From Macrostomum hystrix (lineage: Eukaryota > Animalia > Platyhelminthes): a DNA stretch of 64,000 bases. The notes under the pieces are model-generated. The model was not told the origin of the DNA, did no database searches, and saw only the letters and a program-made list of their open reading frames with translations. Shown here in pieces: positions 1 to 12,056 of this stretch (within the stretch, counting starts at the first letter, position 1; each line of letters opens with the position of its first letter). The position numbers were made by a program, and so were the translations under genes. The stretch is from positions 124,001 to 188,000 of the forward strand of contig CATNEN010000031.1 of the NCBI GenBank assembly GCA_950097015.1. The letters are read 5' to 3'.

Positions 1-110
1 AACATACACCAGAAAATTATATCTAGCAGATTCGCCTAGACATAATACGAGCTACTAGAAGTTAACTCGAAAAAAATCGAGCTAGGCTTTCCCACTGGGC
101 TGCTCTAAAC

Positions 111-238
111 CATGGATGAATAATATAACTGGATCGCCAGAAGCTCGATTTTTTTGGTCCTAGCCATAGACAAGCACCAGCATCACAAGAAGCTCAGAAT
201 GCCGTACTTTCACACATAGACAAATTGCCGCTGCAGAA
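111..238 (+). repeat. Left TIR of P element (128 bp)
   Basis: Exact reverse complement of 3161..3288 by base-by-base comparison; similarity continues about 12 bp further inward after a small indel. Confidence 0.95.
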
Positions 239-320
239 ACCTTTATTTATGAAATATTCCATTTTATGTCCAAGCACATGCTCGCAATATATGCAGGGCG
301 GCAAAAGATGGCTTCGCGAG

Positions 321-2880
321 ATGAATAAGGACGTCAGAATTTGTGCTGCAATCGGATGCCTATCCAAAAGTGGACAAGGCACGAAACCTGTCACCCTTTT
401 TTCTTATCCAATCGGTGATCCGTATCGACTAGCGCAGTGGAACAGCAATGTGCAAGCAAAGCCACATTTCAAATTCGGAGCTCGTAAGTTCCTTTGTGAG
501 CTGCACTTCGAGCAGCGAGACATGCAGGCTCATGGGAGGAGCAAGCGACTGATGACTGGCGCAGTTCCGAAGCTTGAGTGGACTAAGCTTGAACCGCAAG
601 AGCTCACTGACTTCCACGATCCAAACTCTTATGCAAACGAAGCTACTGGAGACTGTGAGTTTGAGATGCCGATGCCTGTCAGTTGCAGCGCGGCAACCAC
701 ACGCACATCAGTCGACCCACCACCAAACACCCGACAGCGCCTGTTGATGCGGCTGAAGCACAAGAAGCGCACGATTAAGACTTTTGGTCCACGCGTTGCA
801 AAATGGAAAAGTACCGAAGCGACCTTAAAACATGTAAAGCAAATGTTGACTTCTGAAGGTCTCAAGCTGTTTTCTTTACAACCACGAAATACCGCAGGTG
901 GTTTCAATAACCACGTCAAAGACTTCGCCGAGAGGATCAACTTCTGCTCTCCAAAAGCATATCGAGAGTTGAGAAAATTCATGCACCTCCCTTCGCCGTC
1001 AACCTTGCGGTCTTGGATTGGAGCAGTGGATGGCAGGCCTGGCATTTCCATTGCTGGAGTCAAGAAGGTTGGAGCCCTATCGAAACAGATCTTCGATGGC
1101 GTCGCTTGCAACGACTGGACTCTAGTCATTGATGGCATGCATCTTCGAAAGGAGTTGTGTTGGGAAGCTAGCGAAGGAAGAGTGGTCGGCTATTGTGACT
1201 CAGGGATCCATGAAAATTTAGGTCACAAACTTGCTTCTGAGGCAATCGTTGTCATGGCCTGCCATCTTCAGCGCCCGTGGAAAGTGCCAGTTGCCTACAT
1301 TTTGGCCGCTGCAACATCCCCGGTTCAACAAGTGGAGCTTTTGACGCGTACTATTAGCGCAATGAACGATGAGGGCGTCGTTGTACGCGCGCTCGTGTCG
1401 GACGGTTGCTCTGCGAACCTTGCGACGTACAGGAAACTTGGAGCTGAGCTGCCGTCTAGTCCTTATTTCCAAATCGGTTCGCAACCAGATCGCATATTCG
1501 CATTCATTGACAACAGTCATTTGATAAAGTTGGTGCGCAATTCGCTGGCCGATTTGGGAGTATTCGTTGTTCACGATCGCATCATCAACTGGCACTATCT
1601 GGAACTATTGCACAATCTGCAAGAAGCTGAGGGGGTTCGAATCGGAAATCGGCTGACAAAGAAATGCATTGAATTGTGGCAGCGACACAAGATGAAGGTC
1701 TGCTTGGCTGCACAGACAATCAGTTCGTCCGTCGCTGACGCTCTCACATTCCTAAAGGAGCTTGGAGTTTCGGATTTCCAAAATTGTGATGAAACGGTCC
1801 GCTTTATTGCATTGATGGACCATCTGTTCGACATCTTCAACTCGAGGTGAGCCGGTATATTAAACCAAAATAGCATAAAGACGCGCAATCATGGCCTTTA
1901 AATTTGCATCCGTTTTTTGCAGGACTCCGTCGGCGTCAGGCTGGAAAGGTCCCATTTGGAAGTCGCAAGCAAGCCTTTCGACCACATTCGCGTTTCTCGA
2001 TGAGGCGCGCGACTACATTCGCAGCCTCTACACGATTAATGGCGTACCGCTGATTGAGAGTCGGCGAAAAACATGGGCTGTAGGATATTGCAACAATATC
2101 ACAGCCCTGAAGCTGTTACTTCAGGACATTTTCTATCAGCCGTCTGCTTGCTTTAAGTACCTCCTGACGTACCGTTTATGCCAAGACCCGCTGGAACACT
2201 TCTTTGGTGAGATTCGTCAGAGAGGTGGTTTTAATAACAATCCGAACGTTCAGCAGTTCAGGTACGCTTATCGGGCGATTTTGGCGCACAGGACTGGATC
2301 TGTCGGGCACTGGTCCCTCTCGACACAGATTTCACCTCCGCCTGGACTCTCCACCTCTGCTTCTGCCAGTGTACAAGATGAAATCGAGGATCCACCGCAA
2401 TTAGCACTCAGCCTCATTAGCCAGAATGTCGGCTGCTACATCGCTGGATTCATTGGCAGATGGCTTACAAACAGACTGTCTTGCGAAAACTGCAAGGCAT
2501 CTCTTCATTGCGAGATGCACACCAACCTGCTTACTACTCTCAAAGATCGCGGTCGTCTTTTTCGACCATCAGCATCACTTTGCCGACTGGCGAACATTTG
2601 CGAGTCGGCTGTGAAAGGAGTCAGAACTGACGAACTGTCTCTAGACATACTCGATCGTCTACTTCCAATCTGCATCCAACAGGGTATCGAGTTGTCACTC
2701 TTCGCTCACGTTTGCAGCAATAGAGCACCCGAAGAAAACCATCAATATTTTCTAGTGCAGGCGATTTCTAAGAAATATCTTTGCATTCGGTTGCGGCATG
2801 TACTTCGGAGGCTTAACGCTGTGAACACAACAACTGTGCGTCAGATGCTAACAAAAAAAATTATTTTCATGGGTCAGTGA
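321..2880 (+). CDS. P-element transposase, join(321..1846,1923..2880), 827 aa predicted
   Basis: N-terminal C2CH THAP domain (CAAIGC...LCELHF...AVP). RNase H-fold motifs typical of P/THAP9: LVIDGM, LVSDG, FIDNSHLIKLVRN, LCQDPLEHFFGEIRQRGGFNNNP. A 76-bp GT-AG intron (GAG|GTGAGC at 1846/1847; TTTTTTGCAG|G at 1922/1923) joins the two ORFs in frame to give FDIFNSR-TPSASGWKGP. ATG at 321 chosen as the first Met before the THAP domain (inference). Confidence 0.9.
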
Positions 2881-3160
2881 CTTCAAATTAGCATTGTGCG
2901 GGTGACGCCTTGAATTTATTGTCTTTACTTGACTCTCCTTTGTCTTGCGCGGTTTGCTTGCAACTCATTTGGCTGTTTGTTTTCGCCTTTTATTGTTTGT
3001 TTGTTTGCTGTCTGTCTACGTGCTTGTTTGCTTACTTGCCTGCTTTCGTGTCTGTTTTGTATTAATTCCCTTACATATTCGTTTTCTTCTTTGCTTGCCT
3101 TCACATTTGCAATAGTTTCACTTATCCTACTAAGTATACTTATAAATAAAGGTTTGCAGC

Positions 3161-3288
3161 TTCTGCAGCGGCAATTTGTCTATGTGTGAAAGTACGGCAT
3201 TCTGAGCTTCTTGTGATGCTGGTGCTTGTCTATGGCTAGGACCAAAAAAATCGAGCTTCTGGCGATCCAGTTATATTATTCATCCATG
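3161..3288 (-). repeat. Right TIR of P element (128 bp)
   Basis: Exact reverse complement of 111..238, followed immediately by TSD CTCTAAAC. Confidence 0.95.
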
Positions 3289-5137
3289 CTCTAAACACGG
3301 ATCAATTTGTGAAAGTTAGAAACTCGTGTTGAAAAGTTAGAAACTCGCTTCACTACAGACGGGGGTGGGTGAACCACACGAAGCTATTATCTCCCTCAAA
3401 CTCTGGTCAGTAGTCTGCACTGTTTAGTCTTTAGTCAACACACATTATTCATGATTTATATTATTTTCTTGCTAGTCGACAACAATTTATAGTGAGATTC
3501 GAAAATCTTAAGTGACCTTAATTTGAGTCTACATCTCCTTTTGTTTATTGACTTCTTTGCGTCGTAATAAAGCTGTTGCTTTAGAAAAAACAGTTTTAAG
3601 TCACAATATCAACTATCAATAATAATATTAAAGCATATATTTTAAAGGATAAGCGAAACTAAAAAAGAAACACAGGAACGGATCACCCATTCCAAAAAAA
3701 TGTTAGATATGTAACGCAAAGATTTTATTCAAACATATTAAGCACGTTTATATTACTCCGTGCGCATAAACTAGTTTTAGAATGCAGCTCTTCAAAACAT
3801 GCTGCTGCTGTGTCGCGAAATTGACTTGTTATACGTAGAATAAGCAAATTAATATCGCCTGAAGTTCAATAAGCGTATTTCGCATGAATTTAAGACAACA
3901 AAAAATAAAAACACTTGGATAAGAAATGTATACATAGTTTTAAACGCAATTGAACTAGTCTTATTTCAAAATGACAAGTGCTGGAATGAGCATTTAGCTG
4001 ATTCCGTCGGAACTAAAGCACTAATATAGCGACAACTTGTGCTTTAGGAACAAAATAGAATACATTTAATGGTAATTCATTTTATGCATGATAAGCAGAG
4101 TGCATTCATAGACCTGAATTTCATATTCCCAAATGAAATTTGACTTCACCTTCCTCAAATTTCATAACCCATCGAATTGTAAGAATCTCTTTTTGGCAAG
4201 AACCGCCAGAAACACGAAACTTTACATTCCCAAGTCAGCATTTCCTTAAATGCTTGTCAATGAATTTTACATCCACTAAGTTTCCCAACCCCCCAAATTT
4301 AACATCCGTAACCATGGCAACAGCAGTGCAGTTTACTCTGAATATCGGGTGGTGTAAAAGCTCTTTCCAAAGCTGGGTAATAGGAAGTATTTTGGTATGT
4401 GAAATTTGGGGTTGTGAAAGCGCTTGCAAAAACTGAATATAGGGATTATTAAACTTATGCTAATGATTGAGGAATGTAAAAGTCAGGGGGATATGAAATT
4501 AGCGGGCTGTTTAAATTTTAGCGAATATAAAGTTTAGGGACCATGAGATTTGGGGAGAGTGAAATCAGATAGTTAGAAAATGTTAAATTTTGGGGAAGTG
4601 AACCAGTGCAATTTCTTTTATTTGACAGGAGGGGCGAGTTTAGAAGCTGGTAAAAGGTACAGGTGATTTAAAATGGCATACATCACATAAAACCATGAGA
4701 AAATACACTAAACATACTATGGATTTGTAACATTATTGCAATAACAGGCGGCGTGCATACAAACAGAATAAGAAATAATGACGTTTTCCAGGAACAAAGC
4801 TAATTAAAAAAAGCGACATTTTTTCTTGATTTGATTTTTATTTTTGTCAGAGAAATATACTGTGGTATGGGACACTAATTTTTTTATAAAGAGAGCAAAG
4901 TAACGAATAAAAGTAAGATAACACGATAAGTTATATACGATACATTGTTGCAAAAGCAATACAATGCTGCGTCGTTGCCCGCAGTAAAAGTCTGCAAACC
5001 ATCGTCTGTTATTATTAATTAAACCACCGCACACTTACAGAGGTTAGGAAACTTTGGGTGGTAATGAGAACCTCCCCAGCACTGCAAGCAGATATAGTCA
5101 CGCCTGCGTATTGTATTAAATTTACTGACAGAATTTT

Positions 5138-6136
5138 TCACTGAGAGGCTGTTGAAGTCGCCACAACCGGTGATTGGGGCGGCGGCTGCGCTGGTGAAGC
5201 TGCAGCCGAGTCAGACTGTACCCCGGACTGCTGTGGTGTCGAGTCCGAAGCCGATGTCACTGGAGCTATAGGGGGCTGCGACTGCTGCTGTTGTTGTATT
5301 TGAGACTGCGACTGAATCTGTTGATGCATCTGCGAAGCTGAAGTCTGGGGCGGCAGCATCTGATAAGAAATATTCGACTGTGGCGGCTGCTGCTGAGAAT
5401 ACACGGTGGGTGCGAATTGCGGGCGCATTATAGCTGCCGGCTGCTGCTGGAAATAGGCCGCGTTAGTTGGCTGCTGCTGCTGCCTAGCCGCAGCTGCAGC
5501 CGCAGCGGCAGCTGCTGCAGCGGCAGACGACCCGCTAGGCCCGACAGGGCCACCAGAGGTTGTGACACTACGAGGAGCTGGCGGTTGCTGCTGCATCATA
5601 GGTTGTTGTGGACGTTGCATCATTGCTGATTGCGGCTGCTGCATCATGGCCGGCTGCGGCTGCTGCATCATGGCCGGCTGAGGCTGCTGCAGCATGGCTT
5701 GCTGTGATTGTATCATAGATGGTTGCTGCATCATTGATTGCTGAATCATGGCCGGCTGTGGTTGCTGCAGCAAGGCCTGTGTAGGCGGCTGCTGTTGCTG
5801 GATCATCACAGCCTGCTGTGGCTGCGGCGGCATTATCATTTGTTGTGGTCCTGGGGTTCTCAACACTGCGCCAGGGCCTTGGGGCGGCGGCTGCATCGGT
5901 GCTTGTGCTGTTGGCTGAGATACGCTATTGCTATGCGAATCAGCAATCGTCGCCAAGTATACAAGATTTCTGTGCAGTGTTTGCTGCAGTGTGGCCATCT
6001 CGTGAGTACGGCCGCGCTGCTCATACTCTAGCATTGCATTTATAAGTTGGGCATTCTCATCTAAAAGTCTTTGGATTGTTGCTGTATTAGGTGGTGCGGC
6101 TTTGCGAGCAGAAGCAGGTGAAAACGCCAGTGACAT
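5138..6136 (-). CDS. SS18: SS18/SSXT-family (SS18/SS18L1-like, BAF-complex associated) transcriptional co-activator, 332 aa, single coding exon
   Basis: N-terminus MSLAF...TIQRLLDENAQLINAMLEYEQRGRTHEMATLQQTLHRNLVYLATIAD matches the SSXT (SNH) domain pattern (IQkmLDdN..LI..I...QnkGk..EC..yQ..LH.NLvYLAtiAD). Followed by a Q/P/M-rich low-complexity region. A plausible splice acceptor (TTTCCAG|CTGAAATG) just upstream suggests a 5'-UTR intron. Confidence 0.9.
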   Translation of the reverse strand: MSLAFSPASARKAAPPNTATIQRLLDENAQLINAMLEYEQRGRTHEMATLQQTLHRNLVYLATIADSHSNSVSQPTAQAPMQPPPQGPGAVLRTPGPQQMIMPPQPQQAVMIQQQQPPTQALLQQPQPAMIQQSMMQQPSMIQSQQAMLQQPQPAMMQQPQPAMMQQPQSAMMQRPQQPMMQQQPPAPRSVTTSGGPVGPSGSSAAAAAAAAAAAAARQQQQPTNAAYFQQQPAAIMRPQFAPTVYSQQQPPQSNISYQMLPPQTSASQMHQQIQSQSQIQQQQQSQPPIAPVTSASDSTPQQSGVQSDSAAASPAQPPPQSPVVATSTASQ

Positions 6137-6883
6137 TTCAGCTGGAAATATGAGTCAGAAAATGCACTTATTAAAAATCAGTATTTCTTATAATACTGAT
6201 ACTTTCAGTATACTTTCAAGCTTGTATATACTTTCAAGCTTTCAAGCTTTCAAGCTTAATACTTTCAAGCTTGTGAAAGCACCCCATTTAAAATACAGTA
6301 AACACTTTGCCACTAAGTGCTTACTAGTGTATGTCTGACTCTGATATGCTTGTCTGGTGTCAAACTGAGCTGATGATATTGCTTTGCAAAAGGTTTACTA
6401 CTGTAGAAATTTTAAGTGTGCTTTTACAGGCTTTTTAATGCTTCTTTTAAAAGCATTTTCAACCTCAAAATTCAGCAGGATCAAGTATTTCACCAGATAT
6501 TGTTACAAGTGCATGACACATTTCCTAGCTGCAGCTCCGAGATACTTTAGACATAAATCAGTATAGTTATGTTAAAGATATTAAAAATCAAAGTGTGGCT
6601 ACTTTGCTTCTTTGCTGCTTTTGTCACATAAAATGAAAAATCTTGGGTGCTATGGCCTTATGCTTGATCTATCTAAGTAACTGAAGTTGCACAGCTAGAA
6701 ACATATATATAAGTGTTGATAATAAAGTCTATATTTTGAACTTGGCCACCTGCTTCCACAGTGGCTGAATAAATTTAGAAAATGAAACTAGCAAGTTTTG
6801 CCCCCCTTCGGGGAGCAGAAATACTTTTAATTCGTCTAGTATATACTTTTTAGCAGCTGAATTTACAGCTTTTTAAAGCTACA

Positions 6884-8645
6884 ATGAACCCCCAGTTGAC
6901 AATGATCCCCCAGTTGACAATGATCCCCCAGTTGACAATGAACCCCCAGTTGACAACGATCCCACAGTTGACAATGATCCCCCATTTGACAATGATCCCC
7001 CAGTTGACAATGATCCCACAGTTAACAATGATCCCCCAGTTGACAAAGATCCCCCAGTTCACAATGATCACCCAGTTGATGATGATCCCCCAGTTGATGA
7101 TGATCCCCCAGTTGACAATGAACCCCCAGTTGACAATGAACCCCCAGTTGACAACGATCCCACAGTTGACAATGATCCCCCAGTTAACAAAGATCCCCCA
7201 GTTCACAATGATCCCCCAGTTGATGAAGTCTCCCCATTGATGATGATCCCCAGTTAACAATGTTCCTCCATTTGACAATGTTCCCCCAGTTGACAATGAT
7301 CCCCCAGTTGATGATGATCACCCAGTTGACAATGATCCCCCAGTTGATGATGATCCCCCAGTTGACAATGAACCCCCAGTTGACAATGAACCCCCAGTTG
7401 ACAACGATCCCACAGTTGACAATGATCCCCCATTTGACAATGATCCCACAGTTGACAATGATCCCCCAGTTGACAAAGATCCCCCAGTTCACAATGATCA
7501 CCCAGTTGATGATGATCCCCCAGTTGATGATGATCCCCCAGTTGAAAATGATCCCCCAGTTGACAATGATCCCCCATTTGACAATGATCCCCCAGTTGAC
7601 AATGATCCCCCAGTTAACAAAGATCCCCCAGTTCACAATGATTCCCCAGTTGATGAAGTCTCCCCATTGATGATGATCCCCAGTTAACAATGTTCCTCCA
7701 TTTGACAATGTTCCCCCAGTTAACAATGATCCCCCAGTTAATGATGATTCCCCAGTTGAAAATGATCCCCCAGTTGACAATGATCCCCCAGTTGAGAATG
7801 ATCCCCCAGTTGACAATGATCCCCCAGTTAACAAAGATCCCCCAGTTCACAATGATCCCCCAGTTGATGAAGTCTCCCCATTGATGATGATCCCTAGTTA
7901 ACAATGTTCCTCCAGTTGACAATGTTCCCCCAGTTGACAATGATCCCCCAGTTGATGATGATCCCCCAGTTGACAATGATCCCCCAGTTGACAATGATCC
8001 CCCAGTTGACAATGATCCCCCAGTTGACAATGATCCCGCCGGTTGACAATGATCCCACAGTTGACAATGAACCCCCAGTTGACAATGATCCCCCAGTTGA
8101 TGATGATCCCCCAGTTGACAATGATCCCCCAGTTGACAATGATCCCCCAGTTGACAATGAACCCCCAGTTGACAACGATCCCCCAGTTGACAATGATCCC
8201 CCAGTTGACAATGATCCCCCAGTTGACAATGATCCCACAGTATACAATGATCCCCCAGTTGACAAAGATCCCCCAGTTCTCAATGATCCCCCAGTTGATG
8301 ATGATCCCCAGTTGATGATGATTCCCCAGTTGACAATTATCCCCCAGTTGACCATTACCCCCCACTTGACAATGATCTCTCAGTTCACAATGATCCCCCA
8401 GTTGACAATGATCCCCCAGTTGACAATGAACCCCCAGTTGACAATGAACCCCCAGTTGACAAAGATCCCCCAGTTGACAATGATCCCCCATTTGACAATG
8501 ATCCCCCAGTTGACAATGATCCCCCAGTTGACAATGATCCCCCGGTTGACATTGATCCCCCAGTCGACAATTATCCCCCAGTTTACCATGATCCCCCAGT
8601 TCACCATGATCCCCATTTTGATGATGACTCCCCAGTTGACGTTGA
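6884..8645. repeat. 18-bp tandem repeat, consensus GTTGACAATGATCCCCCA (about 95 copies)
   Basis: Read directly; produces the PQLTMI / NWGIIV / LGDHCQ pseudo-ORFs. Ends approximate. Confidence 0.95.
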
Positions 8646-8654
8646 TTTTTCAAA

Positions 8655-10780
8655 CAGGTTAGCCAAGATTCAAACTCAGGTTTCGCCATGTTTTAAACCC
8701 TGGTGGGCTATGATTCAAACTCTCGTTTTGCCATGATTCAGACTCTGGTTGGCTATGATTCAAACTCTGGTTTAGCCATGATTCAGACGCTGGTTTAGCC
8801 ATGATTCAGACGCTGGTTTAGCCATGATTGAAACTCTGGTTTAGCCATGATTCAAACTCTGGTTTAGCCATGATTCAGACGCTGGTTTAGCCATGATTCA
8901 GACTCTAGTTTAGCCATGATTCAGACTCTGGTTTAGCCATGATTCAGACTCTAGTTTAGCCATGATTCAAACTCTGGTTTAGCCATGATTCAGACTCTAG
9001 TTTAGCCATGATTCAGACTCTGGTTTAGCCATGATTCAGACTCTATTTTAGCCATGATTCAGACTATGGTTTAGCCATGATTCAGACGCTGGTTTAGCCA
9101 TGATTCAGACGCTGGTTTAGCCATGATTCAGACGCTGGTTTAGCCATGATTGATACTCTGGTTTAGCCATGATTCAAACTCTGGTTTAGCCATGATTCAG
9201 ACGCTGGTTTAGCCATGATTCAGACTCTGGTTTAGCCATGATTCAAACTCTGGTTTAGCCATGATTCAGACTCTGGTTTAGCCATGATTCAGACTCTATT
9301 TTAGCCATGATTCAGACTATGGTTTAGCCATGATTCAGACTCCAGTTTAGCCATGATTCAGACTCTGGTTTAGCCATGATTCAGACTCTGTTTAAGCCAT
9401 GATTCAGACTCTGGTTTAGCCATGATTTAAATTCTGGTTAAGCCATGATTCAGACTCTGGTTTAGCCATGATTCAAACTCTGGTTAAGCCATGATTCAAA
9501 CTCTGGTTTAGCCATGATTCAAACTCTGGTTTAGCCATGATTCAGACTCTGGTTTAGCCATGATTCAGACTCTGGTTTAGCCATGATTCAGACTCTGGTT
9601 TAGCCATGATTCAGACTCTGGTTTAGCCATGATTCAGACTCTGGTTTAGCCATGATTCAGACTCTAGTTTAGCCATGATTCAAACTCTGGTTTAGCCATG
9701 ATTCAGACTCTAGTTTAGCCATGATTCAGACTCTGGTTTAGCCATGATTCAGACTCTATTTTAGCCATGATTCAGACTATGGTTTAGCCATGATTCAGAC
9801 GCTGGTTTAGCCATGATTAAGACGCTGGTTTAGCCATGATTCAGACGCTGGTTTAGCCATGATTGAAACTCTGGTTTAGCCATGATTCAAACTCTGGTTT
9901 AGCCATGATTCAGACTCTGTTTAAGACATGATTCAGACTCTGGTTTAGCCATGATTTAAATTCTGGTTAAGCCATGATTCAGACTCTGGTTTAGCCATGA
10001 TTCAAACTCTGGTTAAGCCATGATTCAAACTCTGGTTTAGCCATGATTCAAACTCTGGTTTAGCCATGATTCAGACTCTGGTTTAGCCATGATTCAGACT
10101 CTAGTTTAGCCATGATTCAGACTCTGGTTTAGCCATGATTCAGACTCTGGTTTAGCCATGATTCAGACTCTATTTTAGCCATGATTCAGACTCTGGTTTA
10201 GCCATGATTCAAACTCTGGTTAAGCCATGATTCAAACTCTGGTTTAGCCATTATTCAGACTCTGGTTTAGCCATGATTTAAATTCTGGTTAAGCCATGAT
10301 TCAGACTCTGGTTTAGCCATGATTCAAACTCTGGTTAAGCCATGATTCAAACTCTGGTTTAGCCATGATTCAAACTCTGGTTTAGCCATGATTCAGACGC
10401 TGGTTTAGCCATGATTCAGACTCTGGTTTAGCCATGATTCAGACTCTGGTTTAGCCATGATTCAAACTCTGGTTAAGCCATGATTCAGACTCTGGTTTAG
10501 CCATGATTCAGACTCTGGTTTAGCCATGATTCAGACTCCAGTTTAGCCATGATTCAAACTCTGGTTAAGCCATGATTCAGACTCTGGTTTAGCCATGATT
10601 CAGACTCTGGTTTAGCCATGATTCAGACTCCAGTTTTGCCATGATTCAGACTCTGGTTTAGCCATGATTCAGACTCCAGTTTAGCCATGATTCAAGCTCT
10701 GGTTTAGCCATGATTCAGACGCTGGTTTAGCCATGATTCAAGCTCTATTTTTGCCATGATTCAAATTCAGGTTTGCTATG
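8655..10780. repeat. 23-bp tandem repeat, consensus GCCATGATTCA(A/G)ACTCTGGTTTA (about 90 copies)
   Basis: Read directly; directly abuts the 18-bp array. Ends approximate. Confidence 0.95.
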
Positions 10781-11784
10781 ATTTATGATATTTTATTTAC
10801 GAAATGAAAAAAATAATATAAAATAGTCTTCAATCACTACTGGCTGAAAATTAGTCTAAATGATTTGATGCAGTGCAGAATTTATCTATTTATAAATTCG
10901 TACTGACTGTCTCGTCAGTGGGGTTGACATAGCTATGTACATTTGACACAGTGAAATTCTTATCAGTGTACTCACTATTAACAAAACTGGCCCTGATGCA
11001 ATCATTAAATGTACTCACTATTAACAAAACTGGCCCTGATGCAATCATTAAAATTGGCAGTGGAATGCACGTTGACAAAACTGGCTCTGATGAAATGCAT
11101 TAAAAATCCTATCTAAAACAGTTTTTCGAATATTTAATCCCCTTAACAATGAAGTTAAGCTTATTAAAAATACGTGTAAAATTCTGCCCATATTTAGCAT
11201 CTTTTGGTGAAGAAATGGTGAAAATCGGTTGAGCCGTTCGGGAGAAAATCAATTACAAGCAACCAACCAAGCATTTCATTTTTAGTATATTAGAAATGTC
11301 GTACTCTAATGTTTGAAGTTCTAAAATTTGTCAATACATTATAGATACTTAAAACTTTATGTTTATGCTTGTTTGTGCTTGCATATGATAAATGCCTAAA
11401 TTAAAGCTGACAACAACAATAGACTAATTCAATACTTTTAAGGAAGTATCACAAGTGATCCATGCAGAATGCTGATAGAAATAAAGAGAGTGTAGCACAC
11501 ACAAGCTTCCCAGAAAATAGAGCTGCAGTTTGACAGTTTGCTACAGATGTACATTCAAAGCATGCAATTGCTGAATAAAAGATAAGAGCTAAAAAGAGCA
11601 GAGCTGAAAATGGTTTAGGCACATTATGGGGGCACTAACTTTTTAATATACTCATAGTTAAATTTGTTGTTTTTGAAAATCGCATTTCCCAGAAAACTTT
11701 TGGTAAAATGATTTTTTTAATGTCTTGTTAAAATGAATAAATATTTGTTATACCAAAAAATTAAACTTTGTTTAGATATGTTCA

Positions 11785-12056
11785 CATACATGCGCAACCT
11801 CCCAAATCTTTGCCAGCCGTGCGACTTAGTTTTTGCTCTCATTTGCAATTTAGTTCGTTTCATTGCTCTATTTACGACTTTGTTTGCTCTCATTTGCTCT
11901 CTTTTTCTCTCCCCTTTTTCCTTTTCTTCACACCTTCCTTTTTTGTCGCTTGGTCCCCCCTTTGATTTTTTTGTGCTTGGTCGATTGGTTTTTGCGACTT
12001 ACCTTGCTTGGCCCTCGTTTCACCTGGCCGGTTCGACCGGGTGTTGCGCATGTATG
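11785..12056 (+). mobile_element. MITE copy 1 (272 bp, 14-bp TIR CATACATGCGCAAC)
   Basis: TIR at both ends. Flanks TATGTTCA / TGTGTTCA (7/8 direct repeat). Inverted homologue at 13376..13620. Confidence 0.75.

Larger units (their letters stand above)
111..3288 (+). mobile_element. Full-length P-superfamily DNA transposon (THAP-domain, THAP9-like transposase), apparently intact
   Basis: Perfect 128-bp terminal inverted repeats (111..238 / 3161..3288) starting CATGGATGAATAATATAAC, similar to the Drosophila P end CATGATGAAATAACATAAG. Identical 8-bp target site duplication CTCTAAAC at 103..110 and 3289..3296. Encloses a two-exon transposase. Confidence 0.96.
6788..11294 (-). mobile_element. Non-autonomous Helitron-type element, family A copy 1 (4.5 kb), carrying 18-bp and 23-bp satellites
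   Basis: On the minus strand it starts TCTAATATACTAAAAATG with a subterminal microsatellite, and ends with a GC hairpin (CCCC-TTC-GGGG, about 6799..6817) plus CTAG followed by T. No TSD. Both ends and the internal order recur at 17973..58185. Caveat: the 5' flank base is T rather than the canonical A. Confidence 0.8.

Noticed and set aside
68-84. Flank sequence AAAAAAATCGAGCT matching the inverted internal part of the P TIR
   Set aside because: Only about 14 bp, half of it a homopolymer; context is cut by the window edge, so chance cannot be excluded.
3297-5130. Possible further element in the AT-rich spacer (short duplicated AAAGTTAGAAACTCG; GAAATTT-rich stretch at 4100..4600)
   Set aside because: No termini, TSD or coding similarity could be established by eye.
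5138-6136. SS18 as a processed retrogene or Helitron-captured gene
   Set aside because: No poly(A) tail or TSD seen, a plausible 5'-UTR splice acceptor exists, and the gene lies outside the A1 3' terminus at 6788.
6850-8689. ORFs of PQLTMI / NWGIIV / LGDHCQ / STGGSL repeats (also 18048..19053)
   Set aside because: Translations of the 18-bp satellite in several frames on both strands.
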